A DNA stretch of 64,000 bases, taken from assembly GCA_028715175.1 (NCBI GenBank), contig JAQUSJ010000001.1, positions 546,386 to 610,385 on the forward strand. Reading direction: 5' to 3'. Origin of the DNA: Candidatus Daviesbacteria bacterium (GTDB lineage Bacteria > Patescibacteriota > Microgenomatia > Daviesbacterales > UBA10151). Of the stretch, positions 1-9,147 are shown one piece after another (position 1 is the first letter of the stretch; each line of letters opens with the position of its first letter). The notes beneath the pieces were generated by a model. The model did not search any database. It was given only the letters and a program-made list of their open reading frames with translations, and was not told where the DNA came from. Both the position numbers and the translations under genes were made by a program.

Positions 1-224
1 CTTAACCCTGCTTTTGTTATCGTGCTGAGATTTTGGCGGAGCATATTTGCCACATAATTTGCGAACTGAACATCTCCAGCATAACCCAATGCAATATTAT
101 CCTTGATTGGAAGAATCTTTTGAAGTTTATCTTCAACAACTCCCGGAGCTGATGCACGGCTGTCAGAAAGCATTACAGCCTCTTTATCTGCTTTAAATCC
201 AACAACAACTGTCATAATTGACAT
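1..224 (-). CDS. Partial (C-terminus beyond window start) proteasome/HslV-type Ntn-hydrolase peptidase
   Basis: Minus-strand translation from ATG at 222-224 gives MSIMTVVVGFKADKEAVMLSDSRASAPGVVEDKLQKILPIKDNIALGYAGDVQFANYV... The T-V-V-VGxK ... D-R ... GxxxD pattern resembles N-terminal-Thr hydrolases (HslV / 20S beta). It is absent from the ORF table because it has no stop in the window. Confidence 0.4.
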   Translation of the reverse strand, partial: MSIMTVVVGFKADKEAVMLSDSRASAPGVVEDKLQKILPIKDNIALGYAGDVQFANYVANMLRQNLSTITKAGL

Positions 225-363
225 TATACTCCTATAAGGTTCGATTCCGGTCACCGGTATAAAACTTTTGAGGCTAGAGAAAATCAGTTAAAAATTTAGG
301 CTCGGACTTGGGAAAATGTTGCTTTGAAGAGGAAAAATGTCAGTAGTTAAAAACAAGTCCGGT

Positions 364-379
364 TTGGAGCGGGTGAGGG
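364..379. repeat. 16-bp direct repeat (ttggagcgggtgaggg) identical to the 3' end of tRNA-Gly(UCC) at 10725..10740; putative attL of the integrated element
   Basis: Exact 16/16 match read directly from both loci. The distal copy is a displaced tRNA 3' fragment, typical of tRNA-targeted integration. Confidence 0.6.
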
Positions 380-516
380 TATTAGAGTCGGACTCCAAAA
401 CTTCTTTAATGATACCTCAGAGGAAGCTAAATTACTAGCTTTTCAGCTTCAACTTCTCAAGGATCATTTAGGAGGGAGTCTTCAGGTTTATTCTAGCTAA
501 CTGCTATAATTCCAAT

Positions 517-1302
517 ATGCATAGTTTACCTGTTTATACTGCGAATAAAAGGAAAGGGAATATAGGTGAAGCATTAGCCCAATACATTTTTTCTAAGTTT
601 TGCTTAGTTCACAAAATTGATGGAAGTAATGATCTTGGAAATGATTTTATCTGTGAGTTAATAAGAGATCAACATCCCACTAATCTATTGTTTTATGTAC
701 AAGTGAAATACACAAATAATCCGCCCAGGATAAAGGAAGAAACAAAGGAATATTGGAAAAGTTCACCAATTCCTGTCTATATTTTTTGGATAAAAGATAA
801 AAAACCACCCGTGATTTTTGATCCTGATCTTTTTAGAAAAGCTAAAACTTACTATAAAAGGTTAACTCCATTACTTCATAATGAAAGCAAACATAAAAAC
901 GAAAAGTTCAAACCTTACAAAGAAATTGATTTTAAAAGAGACCTGATAGTAGATTATGTGAGAACACAATATAAAGAAGGATTTACTCCTATTATAGAAC
1001 CAAGGGCCTTTTTGAACATAGATGAAAAACTGCAAACAGACCTACCTCAGTATGCCTTCTATATTAGGGACGTCATACCTGAATATTCAGAGGATATTTT
1101 ATCTAAGGGTTGGGCTAATTTATTTTCTTTGGCAGTTATTTTATATAAAAAAGGAGACAGAGAGAATTTGGAGCTTGCTCACCACCTAATAGATTTGGCA
1201 ATTACTCTTTATAAAAAAGAAAGAGGAGAAGATGATTCTAGAATCTATAATTCTATGGTTGAATATGAAATAGATATTGCTGATCTACTAAACAGATCTT
1301 AA
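517..1302 (+). CDS. Hypothetical protein, possible PD-(D/E)xK / HamA(DUF4365)-like nuclease fold
   Basis: 261-aa ORF with N-terminal DLGNDFICEL...LFYVQVKYT, a D...E...(Q/E)xK-like arrangement. It is convergent with, and 14 nt from, the SF2 helicase gene. No other recognisable motif. Confidence 0.45.
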   Translation: MHSLPVYTANKRKGNIGEALAQYIFSKFCLVHKIDGSNDLGNDFICELIRDQHPTNLLFYVQVKYTNNPPRIKEETKEYWKSSPIPVYIFWIKDKKPPVIFDPDLFRKAKTYYKRLTPLLHNESKHKNEKFKPYKEIDFKRDLIVDYVRTQYKEGFTPIIEPRAFLNIDEKLQTDLPQYAFYIRDVIPEYSEDILSKGWANLFSLAVILYKKGDRENLELAHHLIDLAITLYKKERGEDDSRIYNSMVEYEIDIADLLNRS

Positions 1303-1316
1303 TTAGCATTAATTAT

Positions 1317-4300
1317 CTAAAGGCTTGAAACAACTCCCAAATTAACAGCATATGTTTCTTGTAAATATAATTCCGTTACAGCAAGCAGTGATAATTGGCT
1401 ATTTGTTGCCTTTGTTTTGGAAAGTCCAGGCTGGACAATAAACACTTTGAGCTCAGGAACTAAAAATGAGCTCTTGTTCTCTATTTCTTCAAGTTTTATC
1501 AAGTCTCCTTTTTCAAATCGGGATACTCCGTATTTATTGTTCCTACTTATTTCTCTTTTACGCATATGCTTCATAAGAACCTTAAAATCGCTTTTCCATA
1601 AAACGCTTTTTTGTGCCTGACCGCAGACAGCATAAAGGTCATCAATGCGTGCAGCTGCTCTCCCTTCTTTTGCGTATTTACAATGGTAGAAGTGGGCAAT
1701 TAAGCGGTTACCCAAAATTTTAAGTGCCACAATGTCAGCAGCTTCATAAGCGTCATCATCGTCAAAAATAATATCGTAGTTGTCAGCGTAACTCTTTTGT
1801 TGGATTTTTTTGAGCACATGATATTGAATTGACCGTTTGTTTCTCTGATAAGTTTGTGACTCTTCAGACAAATTAACACCTGTCCAATCCCACGTTTCAA
1901 TCCTGTTCCTATTAAAAGAGTCTTTCCCTGCATTTTTGACTGTGTATACCTCGTTATAGATGAGAAAAGTTCCATCTTCAAAACGTATTGTCGGAGGGGC
2001 TTTTTGCATCCAATCTGATAACAATTCTTTTTTGCCTCTTACTTGTATGGATACAACTTCTTTGCCGGTGGGTAAATAATCCACTTTTCCTTTGAGGATT
2101 TTAATCATGTATTCTACGCTTTTATTGTTTGTGAAAACCTTAAACTTTAGTGAACCCTGTTTATTATTGTCTGTAAGCTCTAATCCTACTTCATAAAAAG
2201 GTACGACATCTCCTGCAACATCAAATTTGATTACGTCTTCAGCTCTAAGGAAAATATCTTCAGACCATTCAATTGTCAGAGGAACTAAATTCGGTCTTGC
2301 TTGTATTTTCTTGGGGATTATGGCATTTTCAATAATCTGATCAACTTTTATCCTATTATTTAGCAGCTTGGAACCGATATGTTTGCACCATTCTATCCAT
2401 TCAGAGATGTTGTCCGCAACCATATGAGCCCATATTTTCCCTCTCCTTGAACATCCAATGCTTATTTTTTCTCCGTTTTCAAAACCGGTTCCGAAGGCGT
2501 TTACTTTGATTGTATTATTAACTTGTGCCTCTGGCATGCCTTCTCTAACATCTGAACCAACGCGCATTGTATAGCTTGTGGTCCGACTGAAGGCAGGTTT
2601 TAAACCAAGATTGATTAGTATTAGCCTGTTTATTGAAAACAGAGTACGGAATACTTGTTCCCCTTGGACAAGTGCTACATCTTCACCAACAACTGCTTTT
2701 GCCAAAGCTGCATGATAGGAACTTTTGTCAGAACTGTTTATATATAATAGTTGTTGTGTTGGATCCCAATAAAGTAGATATAAATCCCAAACTGTATTAT
2801 ACACACCCTTAGTGTCTGCCCATTCAACAAGTTCGCGGGTGGAAGTAATAAATAAAGCTACCTTGTTTTTATTGTTTATTGTTGGTTTAGCGTAAAGATC
2901 AGACTCCTTAATAAGGTCTTTTATTCTATCCGGCCTCCATCTTATACACTTGGTTTGGTATACAACAGTGCTCATTTTTGGCAAGATATTTTGTATTGGG
3001 ATTTCAGATGGCAAGTCGTCAAAGTCTTCTAAAAACTCTGCTGCCTTTTTTTGTTCTTCAGTAGCTCCTTCACTGAGGTTGTGCAGTATAGAGTTCCAAT
3101 CCGAACCGTCTGCATATAACTCCCGAAGTGCATCTGCAATCTCGGGGTTTGCGACATTTGCGATAATTGTTGCATCTCCAATATTTGGATTGGTTCTGGT
3201 AAAACGTCCTGTAAATTGAATAGTAATAGCCAAGCTTTTATGCGCATCATGCAAAGCGGCAATTTTTAATTCAGGAAAATCAAAGCCTTCTCCAAACATA
3301 TCAACACAAACTATAATTCTTGATTGTCTGGTTCTGAGCTTCTGGAGGGCAGCTGTACGCTCGGTTTTTGTTTGCCTGCTATTAACAACCACTGGTTCAT
3401 ATTTTCTTCCAAGTTGCTGATATATTTTTACAACGTTATTTGCTCGTTCAATGTTGTTTACCCTTGCCATTACTATATGGTCTAAACCTTTTTTTATGTC
3501 CTTTTTCAATTGGGCTATTGCCACTTTGGCAATCGGTTCATCCTGGTTTTCCGTGTTATATACTCTTAGTGAGACAAAATTAATGCGCTTAAAATAACCT
3601 TCATCTTGAGCCTTTTTCAAAGGGAAATCAAATATAATTTTTCCATCAACCTGACGACCATCATTCCGGTAAGGAGTAGCCGTAAATTGGAGAATTATCT
3701 TATCCGTAAAGTTTTTGCGGAACTTTTCCCAAGTAGGGGCTGTTATATGATGGGCTTCGTCAATAAAAAGGGAATGGCATAGATTTGCAACCTGTTTCTG
3801 CATATCTTCATCAAAACCATTTATAACCTGCATAGTTGCCACTATTACGTTGCAAGACTTAAAGAAATGTTCAACCTCAGAGACTGAGCGTAATTTGTGT
3901 TCAAGTATGCCTACCACAGGATATGCCGCTTCTTTACCAACAATCCCTAAACTTTTTAGCAAACCAAGATTTATGAATTTATTTGCTATCTGGGTACGCA
4001 AAGCATCATTCGGAACAACTACCAACAATCTTTCTATGCGTTGGTTGATCAAAAGAGCAAGCATGGTTTCCGTTTTACCTGTACCTGTTGGCATTACAAT
4101 AGTTGCAGGTTTAGTACGTGCCTTCCAGTAGCCTATGGTTGTATGAAGTGCACCACTTTGTGCAGATCTTAAACCTGGTTTATCAGGTTCTTTTTCTTCT
4201 TCAACAAAGAAAAACTGCCCCTTCCAGGATTTACGGACGCTGGTACAATAATCCTGCATAGCTACTTGATTAGTAAGCTCTATAGTGTTTGTTTTAGGTT

Positions 4301-4592
4301 TAAGCCACTGCATTTTTTCCCTCAATGTTAAGAATTGTTCTTCATTGGCTGGGATTGTCGCTTGGGGGGATAATAAAACATCATATTTCCCAGGAATTAT
4401 CTTTTTTGTGCGTAGAACTAAAACATCCTTTTCACCCTTTCGTTGTATAAGTTTTGCTCTAGTATGCCTTATACGCCCATTTGAAATATTAGCATTACAG
4501 ATGATTTCTGGCTGGCTAAGTTGTAGGATATTATTCTTAAATAGCTTTCCTTTAATTAAGTACCTACTGGGTAAGTAGACTGGAGTATCCAT
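1317..4592 (-). CDS. SF2 DEAH/ResIII-type helicase (1091 aa) with a ~600-aa uncharacterised C-terminal domain, possibly a nuclease
   Basis: Walker A VMPTGTGKTET, DEAH box LFIDEAHH, motif III QFTATP, motif VI QFTGRFTR. The C-terminus has an acidic patch DDDDAYEAADIVALK...HCKYAKEGRAAARIDD. Confidence 0.85.
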   Translation of the reverse strand: MDTPVYLPSRYLIKGKLFKNNILQLSQPEIICNANISNGRIRHTRAKLIQRKGEKDVLVLRTKKIIPGKYDVLLSPQATIPANEEQFLTLREKMQWLKPKTNTIELTNQVAMQDYCTSVRKSWKGQFFFVEEEKEPDKPGLRSAQSGALHTTIGYWKARTKPATIVMPTGTGKTETMLALLINQRIERLLVVVPNDALRTQIANKFINLGLLKSLGIVGKEAAYPVVGILEHKLRSVSEVEHFFKSCNVIVATMQVINGFDEDMQKQVANLCHSLFIDEAHHITAPTWEKFRKNFTDKIILQFTATPYRNDGRQVDGKIIFDFPLKKAQDEGYFKRINFVSLRVYNTENQDEPIAKVAIAQLKKDIKKGLDHIVMARVNNIERANNVVKIYQQLGRKYEPVVVNSRQTKTERTAALQKLRTRQSRIIVCVDMFGEGFDFPELKIAALHDAHKSLAITIQFTGRFTRTNPNIGDATIIANVANPEIADALRELYADGSDWNSILHNLSEGATEEQKKAAEFLEDFDDLPSEIPIQNILPKMSTVVYQTKCIRWRPDRIKDLIKESDLYAKPTINNKNKVALFITSTRELVEWADTKGVYNTVWDLYLLYWDPTQQLLYINSSDKSSYHAALAKAVVGEDVALVQGEQVFRTLFSINRLILINLGLKPAFSRTTSYTMRVGSDVREGMPEAQVNNTIKVNAFGTGFENGEKISIGCSRRGKIWAHMVADNISEWIEWCKHIGSKLLNNRIKVDQIIENAIIPKKIQARPNLVPLTIEWSEDIFLRAEDVIKFDVAGDVVPFYEVGLELTDNNKQGSLKFKVFTNNKSVEYMIKILKGKVDYLPTGKEVVSIQVRGKKELLSDWMQKAPPTIRFEDGTFLIYNEVYTVKNAGKDSFNRNRIETWDWTGVNLSEESQTYQRNKRSIQYHVLKKIQQKSYADNYDIIFDDDDAYEAADIVALKILGNRLIAHFYHCKYAKEGRAAARIDDLYAVCGQAQKSVLWKSDFKVLMKHMRKREISRNNKYGVSRFEKGDLIKLEEIENKSSFLVPELKVFIVQPGLSKTKATNSQLSLLAVTELYLQETYAVNLGVVSSL

Positions 4593-4831
4593 AATTTTTA
4601 ATCTTAATTTTCCAGCTCATTGTAACAGAACTTATGTAAGAACACGACAATAGTAAATTACTATTTGACATCAGAGGTTAGGCTGCTACACTTAAACTAT
4701 AACAATAATTATTAAGATTAGATTGATATGACAATGAAAACTATTAGTTTCCTACCATGTAATTCCTACGATAATCATCTTCTTAATTATCTGAATCTTT
4801 GCAAATTTATGAAAGGAAGGGGGTGAACCTC

Positions 4832-5197
4832 GTGATTGAGTTATATTTGTCAACTGATGGCAAACATACAATTCATCTCCAAACAGTAAGCCAGGAAGAA
4901 ATGGATAAGCTATTCCCTTATGCCAAGCAGTTATACCAAAAGATAGTTGATGAACTAGGGACAAAAGCCCAGATGTGGCATGACGCTATAAATAGCAACG
5001 GTAATGGAGTTAAAAAGAATGGTCTAGTTAAAGTTAACAATGCTCCTATGTGTTCTATCCATAAAACACATATGCAACTAAGAAGTGGTAAGTATGGGGA
5101 ATTTTGGAGCTGCGGGACAAAATTATTAAATGGGAGTTGGTGTAGGGAAACATCTAGTGAAATCAACTCAAATGCGCAGAAATCTCTAGCAATCTAG
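4832..5197 (+). CDS. Small zinc-ribbon protein with a topoisomerase-type C4 zinc finger
   Basis: C-terminal CSIHKTHMQLRSGKYGEFWSCGTKLLNGSWC matches the zf-C4_Topoisom pattern C..C...R.G.yG.FwgC..yP.C. The likely start is GTG at 4832, 7 nt after the RBS ggaaggggg; the table ORF begins at 4799. Confidence 0.5.
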   Translation: MIELYLSTDGKHTIHLQTVSQEEMDKLFPYAKQLYQKIVDELGTKAQMWHDAINSNGNGVKKNGLVKVNNAPMCSIHKTHMQLRSGKYGEFWSCGTKLLNGSWCRETSSEINSNAQKSLAI

Positions 5198-5246
5198 TGA
5201 TATCTGAGATAAATTTGCAAAATTTGCAGAAGCTGAAGGATGAATT

Positions 5247-5951
5247 ATGAAGCAACAAGTATTACTAAAGGTTCCTGTTGAAACAGAGGAGCAAAAGATA
5301 GCAAAATATCACGGATTTGAACTGAAAACAGCAAATGGCTACAAATTAGATGAAGTAGTAAGTGCATTACAGAAAGCCTGTAGACGCGGGGAAGAAGAAA
5401 GGGCCCTCTTTTGGGCATATGAGATGATCCATGGAGGGTATATAGCCTACTTTTGGAGAAGGATGGCTGTAATTGTGGTAGAGGACATAGGTTTAGCTAA
5501 TGTGGAGGCTGCAATTCTTATCAACTCCCTAGCCCAACTAAATGAAAGGGTTAACAGGAAGGACTATGTAGAAACTTTTCACCCGACAATGGCAGTTCTT
5601 TATCTTTGTAGAAGTAACAAATCACGAGAAATTGACTTCGCTAATGACTGGATTGATCGCAACAGAGAGCTTGGATGGAGGGAAAAGATAGAAATTCAAG
5701 ATTTGGACGAACACAATGACCAAGGGAGGCAAAGGATTAAAAAGATGGGAGGTAATTACCAGCGTAAAAAAGATGAGATATTCTATTATGAGTCAATCCT
5801 TCTTAATAATCCTGTTTCAATAGCTAAGGACAAATATAAAAAGCTCGTTTGGCAGTTAAGGAAACTAGATAAAAAGAAACTTAAACTAAAGTATGCACCT
5901 AAAAAGAAGCTAAAAGGATCTATGCGGAGTCAATACCGGACAGCACAGTAG
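5247..5951 (+). CDS. Standalone RarA/MgsA C-terminal-domain-like protein (AAA_assoc_2 + MgsA_C) without an ATPase domain
   Basis: VSALQKACRRGEEERALFWAYEMIHGGYIAYFWRRMAVIVVEDIGLANVEAAI...LYLCRSNKS parallels the RarA C-terminal pattern KSIRGSDPDAALYWLARML..G.DP.FIARRL.I.ASEDIGLADP...LAVAPKSN. The C-terminus is a Lys-rich tail. Confidence 0.5.
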   Translation: MKQQVLLKVPVETEEQKIAKYHGFELKTANGYKLDEVVSALQKACRRGEEERALFWAYEMIHGGYIAYFWRRMAVIVVEDIGLANVEAAILINSLAQLNERVNRKDYVETFHPTMAVLYLCRSNKSREIDFANDWIDRNRELGWREKIEIQDLDEHNDQGRQRIKKMGGNYQRKKDEIFYYESILLNNPVSIAKDKYKKLVWQLRKLDKKKLKLKYAPKKKLKGSMRSQYRTAQ

Positions 5952-6087
5952 GTAGTGATGGTCATTTTCTAGCTTCGGATTGAGGCTAAAGAACAGTGAA
6001 GAAAACTATGAAGATACAGTATAGAAAAGGTCACAGAGGGTATGAGGAGAAAGGATAAGTTTCAATTTACCCTTGCAGCATAGAGAT

Positions 6088-6297
6088 TTATGAAGAGAGG
6101 AGGTCAGAAGAAGTGTTACCAAATACTTTTGCGATTTTGTTTAATGTTTTAAGAGTAGGGTTTTTCCTTTTAGCATGCTCAATTTCTATTATTGTCTTTG
6201 GATCAACATCAGCCAGCTCTGCAAGTTTTTCTTGGGTTAAATCTTTATCTTTCCTTAACTTTCTGATTTTCTCACCTAATTTTCTTAAGCTCGCCAT
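6088..6297 (-). CDS. XRE-family helix-turn-helix transcriptional regulator
   Basis: LRKLRKDKDLTQEKLAELADVDPKTIIEIE... is a Cro/C1-type HTH; 69 aa. Confidence 0.7.
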   Translation of the reverse strand: MASLRKLGEKIRKLRKDKDLTQEKLAELADVDPKTIIEIEHAKRKNPTLKTLNKIAKVFGNTSSDLLSS

Positions 6298-6400
6298 TGA
6301 CAGAATTATGGAATATATGCCAGACTGTGAACAGGAAATATATTCCAGATTTACGCATGAAATTAAGGCTGAAAGACGACTTGCAGGATTGCAGTAAAAT

Positions 6401-6721
6401 ATGAGGCTAGCGAATACTAAAATAGTAATAGGCTTATTAGTTTTGATTGCTGTTTCGGTTGCCTACTTCTTTCTGATTTATCTTCCGAAACAACAAGAAT
6501 TTAGATTACGACAACAGGAAACTACTCTTAGAAAACAAACTTATGAACTCTGCTTGAAAGAATGGAATGGTATGTATGATAAGGCAGGAGAACTTTTTGT
6601 AAGGGAAAACCCAGAAATTACAAAACAGGAATTGGGAGACAAATTGATACCTATCATCAATAAGAAAGATGAGATTATAACAAATTGTGTTGAGAAAAGG
6701 CTTCAAGAATATAAAAAATAG
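6401..6721 (+). CDS. Hypothetical membrane-anchored protein
   Basis: N-terminal TM helix IVIGLLVLIAVSVAYFFLIYL; no known domain. Confidence 0.45.
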   Translation: MRLANTKIVIGLLVLIAVSVAYFFLIYLPKQQEFRLRQQETTLRKQTYELCLKEWNGMYDKAGELFVRENPEITKQELGDKLIPIINKKDEIITNCVEKRLQEYKK

Positions 6722-6732
6722 GAGGTGAAAAG

Positions 6733-6969
6733 ATGAAAAGAACTATAATTTGGGCTATTGTACTGGTTATTTTTATACTGATCCTGTTCCAACAGTTTTA
6801 CCGATATGGTGAGCTTTCAATCAAAGAGGCCGAAGTTGAAAAACAGCTTTGGAAGGAGCGTTCTAACTATTTCCAGCTGTTGGATAAATACTGTAAAGAC
6901 AAGGGTTTCCAGAGTGCTCAGACTAATAAGGATGGTGTAATAACCTGCATTCCTTTAGATGGAAAGTAA
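6733..6969 (+). CDS. Hypothetical small membrane protein
   Basis: N-terminal TM helix TIIWAIVLVIFILILF; the RBS ggaggtg lies upstream. Confidence 0.45.
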   Translation: MKRTIIWAIVLVIFILILFQQFYRYGELSIKEAEVEKQLWKERSNYFQLLDKYCKDKGFQSAQTNKDGVITCIPLDGK

Positions 6970-7564
6970 AATGAAGGCTAAAGTAAAGTATTTGATCTTA
7001 GCAATTGTGATGCTAATTATTGTTCTAACTGCTCAAAAGCTGTATTTAACCCCTTCTCCGCAGAAACCACCCAATCTACCACCTGAAGCAACAAAAGCCG
7101 TTCAGTTGGAGTTAGAGTACCCTTATGAAGTCAAAAATGTAGCGGATCAGGAGAAAGTAGCGGTTTTACAACTTGTTAGGACTTTTGAAACTTTACAATA
7201 TGAAAGAAAAGCAAAAGAAGTATTAGCCTTATTCACTCCCCCCTCTAACGACAACGAGAGAAATGATTTGGATTTTCTGGAGGGAAAAGACTTGAATTCA
7301 AGCCCAAGACTTTATGTTACAGCAGGATATCCATGGTCTCTAAATTGGTACATGGTAAGAAAGATAGAGAAACAAAATGATAAGTTGCAAATAACTTTGA
7401 AAGAATTAAGAACTTATTATGCTAATTCTGATGGTGATTATACTGGTGATAACCAAAACCTGATCCTTGTAATTATTGAAAGTAGTGGAAGCTATAAAAT
7501 TGATCAATATTTCCATGAAAAGCTCTCGCCAAATGTGAATCGTAAATATGAGGGATTTAATTGA
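6959..7564 (+). CDS. Hypothetical membrane-anchored protein
   Basis: N-terminal TM helix YLILAIVMLIIVLTA. It overlaps the previous gene by 11 nt, consistent with a translationally coupled operon. Confidence 0.5.
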   Translation: MESKMKAKVKYLILAIVMLIIVLTAQKLYLTPSPQKPPNLPPEATKAVQLELEYPYEVKNVADQEKVAVLQLVRTFETLQYERKAKEVLALFTPPSNDNERNDLDFLEGKDLNSSPRLYVTAGYPWSLNWYMVRKIEKQNDKLQITLKELRTYYANSDGDYTGDNQNLILVIIESSGSYKIDQYFHEKLSPNVNRKYEGFN

Positions 7565-7750
7565 CAATGTCTGTTATAGAACCTGCCACCCCGACACAGT
7601 AGCTGATTGTTCAGTAGATAGCAAGGTAAGTATTATCTCACTCTAAATGTGCTTCATTTTAAGCCATATTTCCAACTGCAAAACTTTGCATTTGGATTGA
7701 TACAACAATCTAAACCTTGACAAAGATGTAAAAATTTTGTACTGTCAATA

Positions 7751-8227
7751 TTGATGAATATAAGTATTAATATGTTGCCCATAAAAATTTTCACTTCCGA
7801 TAAAAGGAAATTTCAAGAAATATCTAAGATAGTTGATCACTCGGAATTTCAAGAAGAATTTTTGAGACTAGCAAAAAAGTGGCGAGGGAAAACCATAGAA
7901 AGTTTAGACGAGGATTACCAAAAAGATATACTCGGTTCACTTTCCAAACTGAAGTTGCCAAATTCCCTTTATGATCTTCTATCGGATTGTGTTATTTCTG
8001 GCATTCTTTGGAAAAATTATAACTTAAGTGGTACAGAGATTTTAGAAATTCTCTTGGTTCGTTCAAGAAAATCTAAGACTTTAACAGACTTTCCCAGAGA
8101 TAGAGATTGGTATTGGAGGCATAAGTTTGGTGAAGGATATGGTGCAATCGCAAAAAGGGATGATGTGGGAAAGCACATGGTATTGAATGCAATTAAACGC
8201 TACAAGACAATGACTGGTAACGGATAA
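7751..8227 (+). CDS. Hypothetical protein
   Basis: 158-aa ORF with no recognisable motif. Confidence 0.4.
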   Translation: MMNISINMLPIKIFTSDKRKFQEISKIVDHSEFQEEFLRLAKKWRGKTIESLDEDYQKDILGSLSKLKLPNSLYDLLSDCVISGILWKNYNLSGTEILEILLVRSRKSKTLTDFPRDRDWYWRHKFGEGYGAIAKRDDVGKHMVLNAIKRYKTMTGNG

Positions 8228-8298
8228 TTCCCTAATCTAATTACTCCCTAAAACTATTAAGCTTCTATAAACTCCAATTAAAACAAGTTCTGATTAGC

Positions 8299-8532
8299 AT
8301 GAAATCTAATACATTTGAATTAACTGATTTTGAGGTTGCCACGATCTTGATTATTGAAGGATTTAATCTTCTAGAAGTTGACAAGTCTAATCCTCACAAA
8401 GCCAGCTTTATATTTGAAAACAATCCCAGAATAGCCGAAGTCATCAATTCCTACTTTAATGATAAGTTATCTGTTAATCCACGCATGCTCTTCATGGAAA
8501 GTAAAACATTAAAAAACAGACTGTATTTGTAG
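8299..8532 (+). CDS. Hypothetical protein
   Basis: 77-aa ORF with no recognisable motif. Confidence 0.35.
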   Translation: MKSNTFELTDFEVATILIIEGFNLLEVDKSNPHKASFIFENNPRIAEVINSYFNDKLSVNPRMLFMESKTLKNRLYL

Positions 8533-8791
8533 ATTTTAAGAGTCTCTGCAGCGACAAGAAAGTCATAGATAGTCTTTCAGCATACCGTATGACTTAAAAC
8601 TGCGGTCTGGCCTAAAAGGTAACTTAGGGCTCTGGTGGGGAGCGTCGCTAGTACCAGTATCAGAAAGACTAGTTACCGCCGAAAGAGAAATCTTTTGAAA
8701 CGTTAGACCCTTCTTGTAGCGATACAAGCTAACAATGACGTTCCCTGATAACTAAATAATTTCTATTTAGGAGATCAGGGAGGGAAGGCAT

Positions 8792-8959
8792 ATGGGGATG
8801 AGGAAAAAAATTGAAAGTAAACAAGTTAACAAAGAAGATACTAGTTTAGTCAGGATAAATACTGGCTTAAAGGATTCGCTTAAAGAAAAGGCAGCAGCCA
8901 AAAAAACAACCATCAAAGCTCTAGTAGAGGGTGCAGTTGCAGAGATTGAAGGGATTTAA
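8792..8959 (+). CDS. Small ribbon-helix-helix (CopG/Arc-like) protein, 55 aa, below the ORF-table cut-off
   Basis: Hand-translated as MGMRKKIESKQVNKEDTSLVRINTGLKDSLKEKAAAKKTTIKALVEGAVAEIEGI. The N-terminal beta-strand (SLVRINT) plus a two-helix pattern fits an RHH fold. It is preceded by ggagatcagggaggg and sits immediately upstream of the recombinase module. Confidence 0.4.
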   Translation: MGMRKKIESKQVNKEDTSLVRINTGLKDSLKEKAAAKKTTIKALVEGAVAEIEGI

Positions 8960-8961
8960 GG

Positions 8962-9147
8962 TTGGTTATGTTGACTAAAGAGGAAGTTGCTGAATTTAGG
9001 AGGTTGGTTCTAGAAGTTTATGGGATTAAGCTAACAACTGGAGAAGCTACGGATCAAGGTTCACGTCTAATTCAATTATTTGAGCTCATCTTGAAAAATA
9101 AGAAGCTTGTAATGATGGATGGAAAGGTGGTACAAAGTAATGAGTAG
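8962..9147 (+). CDS. Hypothetical small protein (possible recombination directionality / accessory factor)
   Basis: 61-aa ORF directly upstream of, and overlapping, the serine recombinase start by 29 nt. Confidence 0.3.
   Translation: MVMLTKEEVAEFRRLVLEVYGIKLTTGEATDQGSRLIQLFELILKNKKLVMMDGKVVQSNE

Noticed and set aside
241-270. tRNA-like ggttcgattccggtcaccgg segment
   Set aside because: The GGTTCGATTCC is T-loop-like but no matching T-stem or acceptor stem can be drawn; probably chance.
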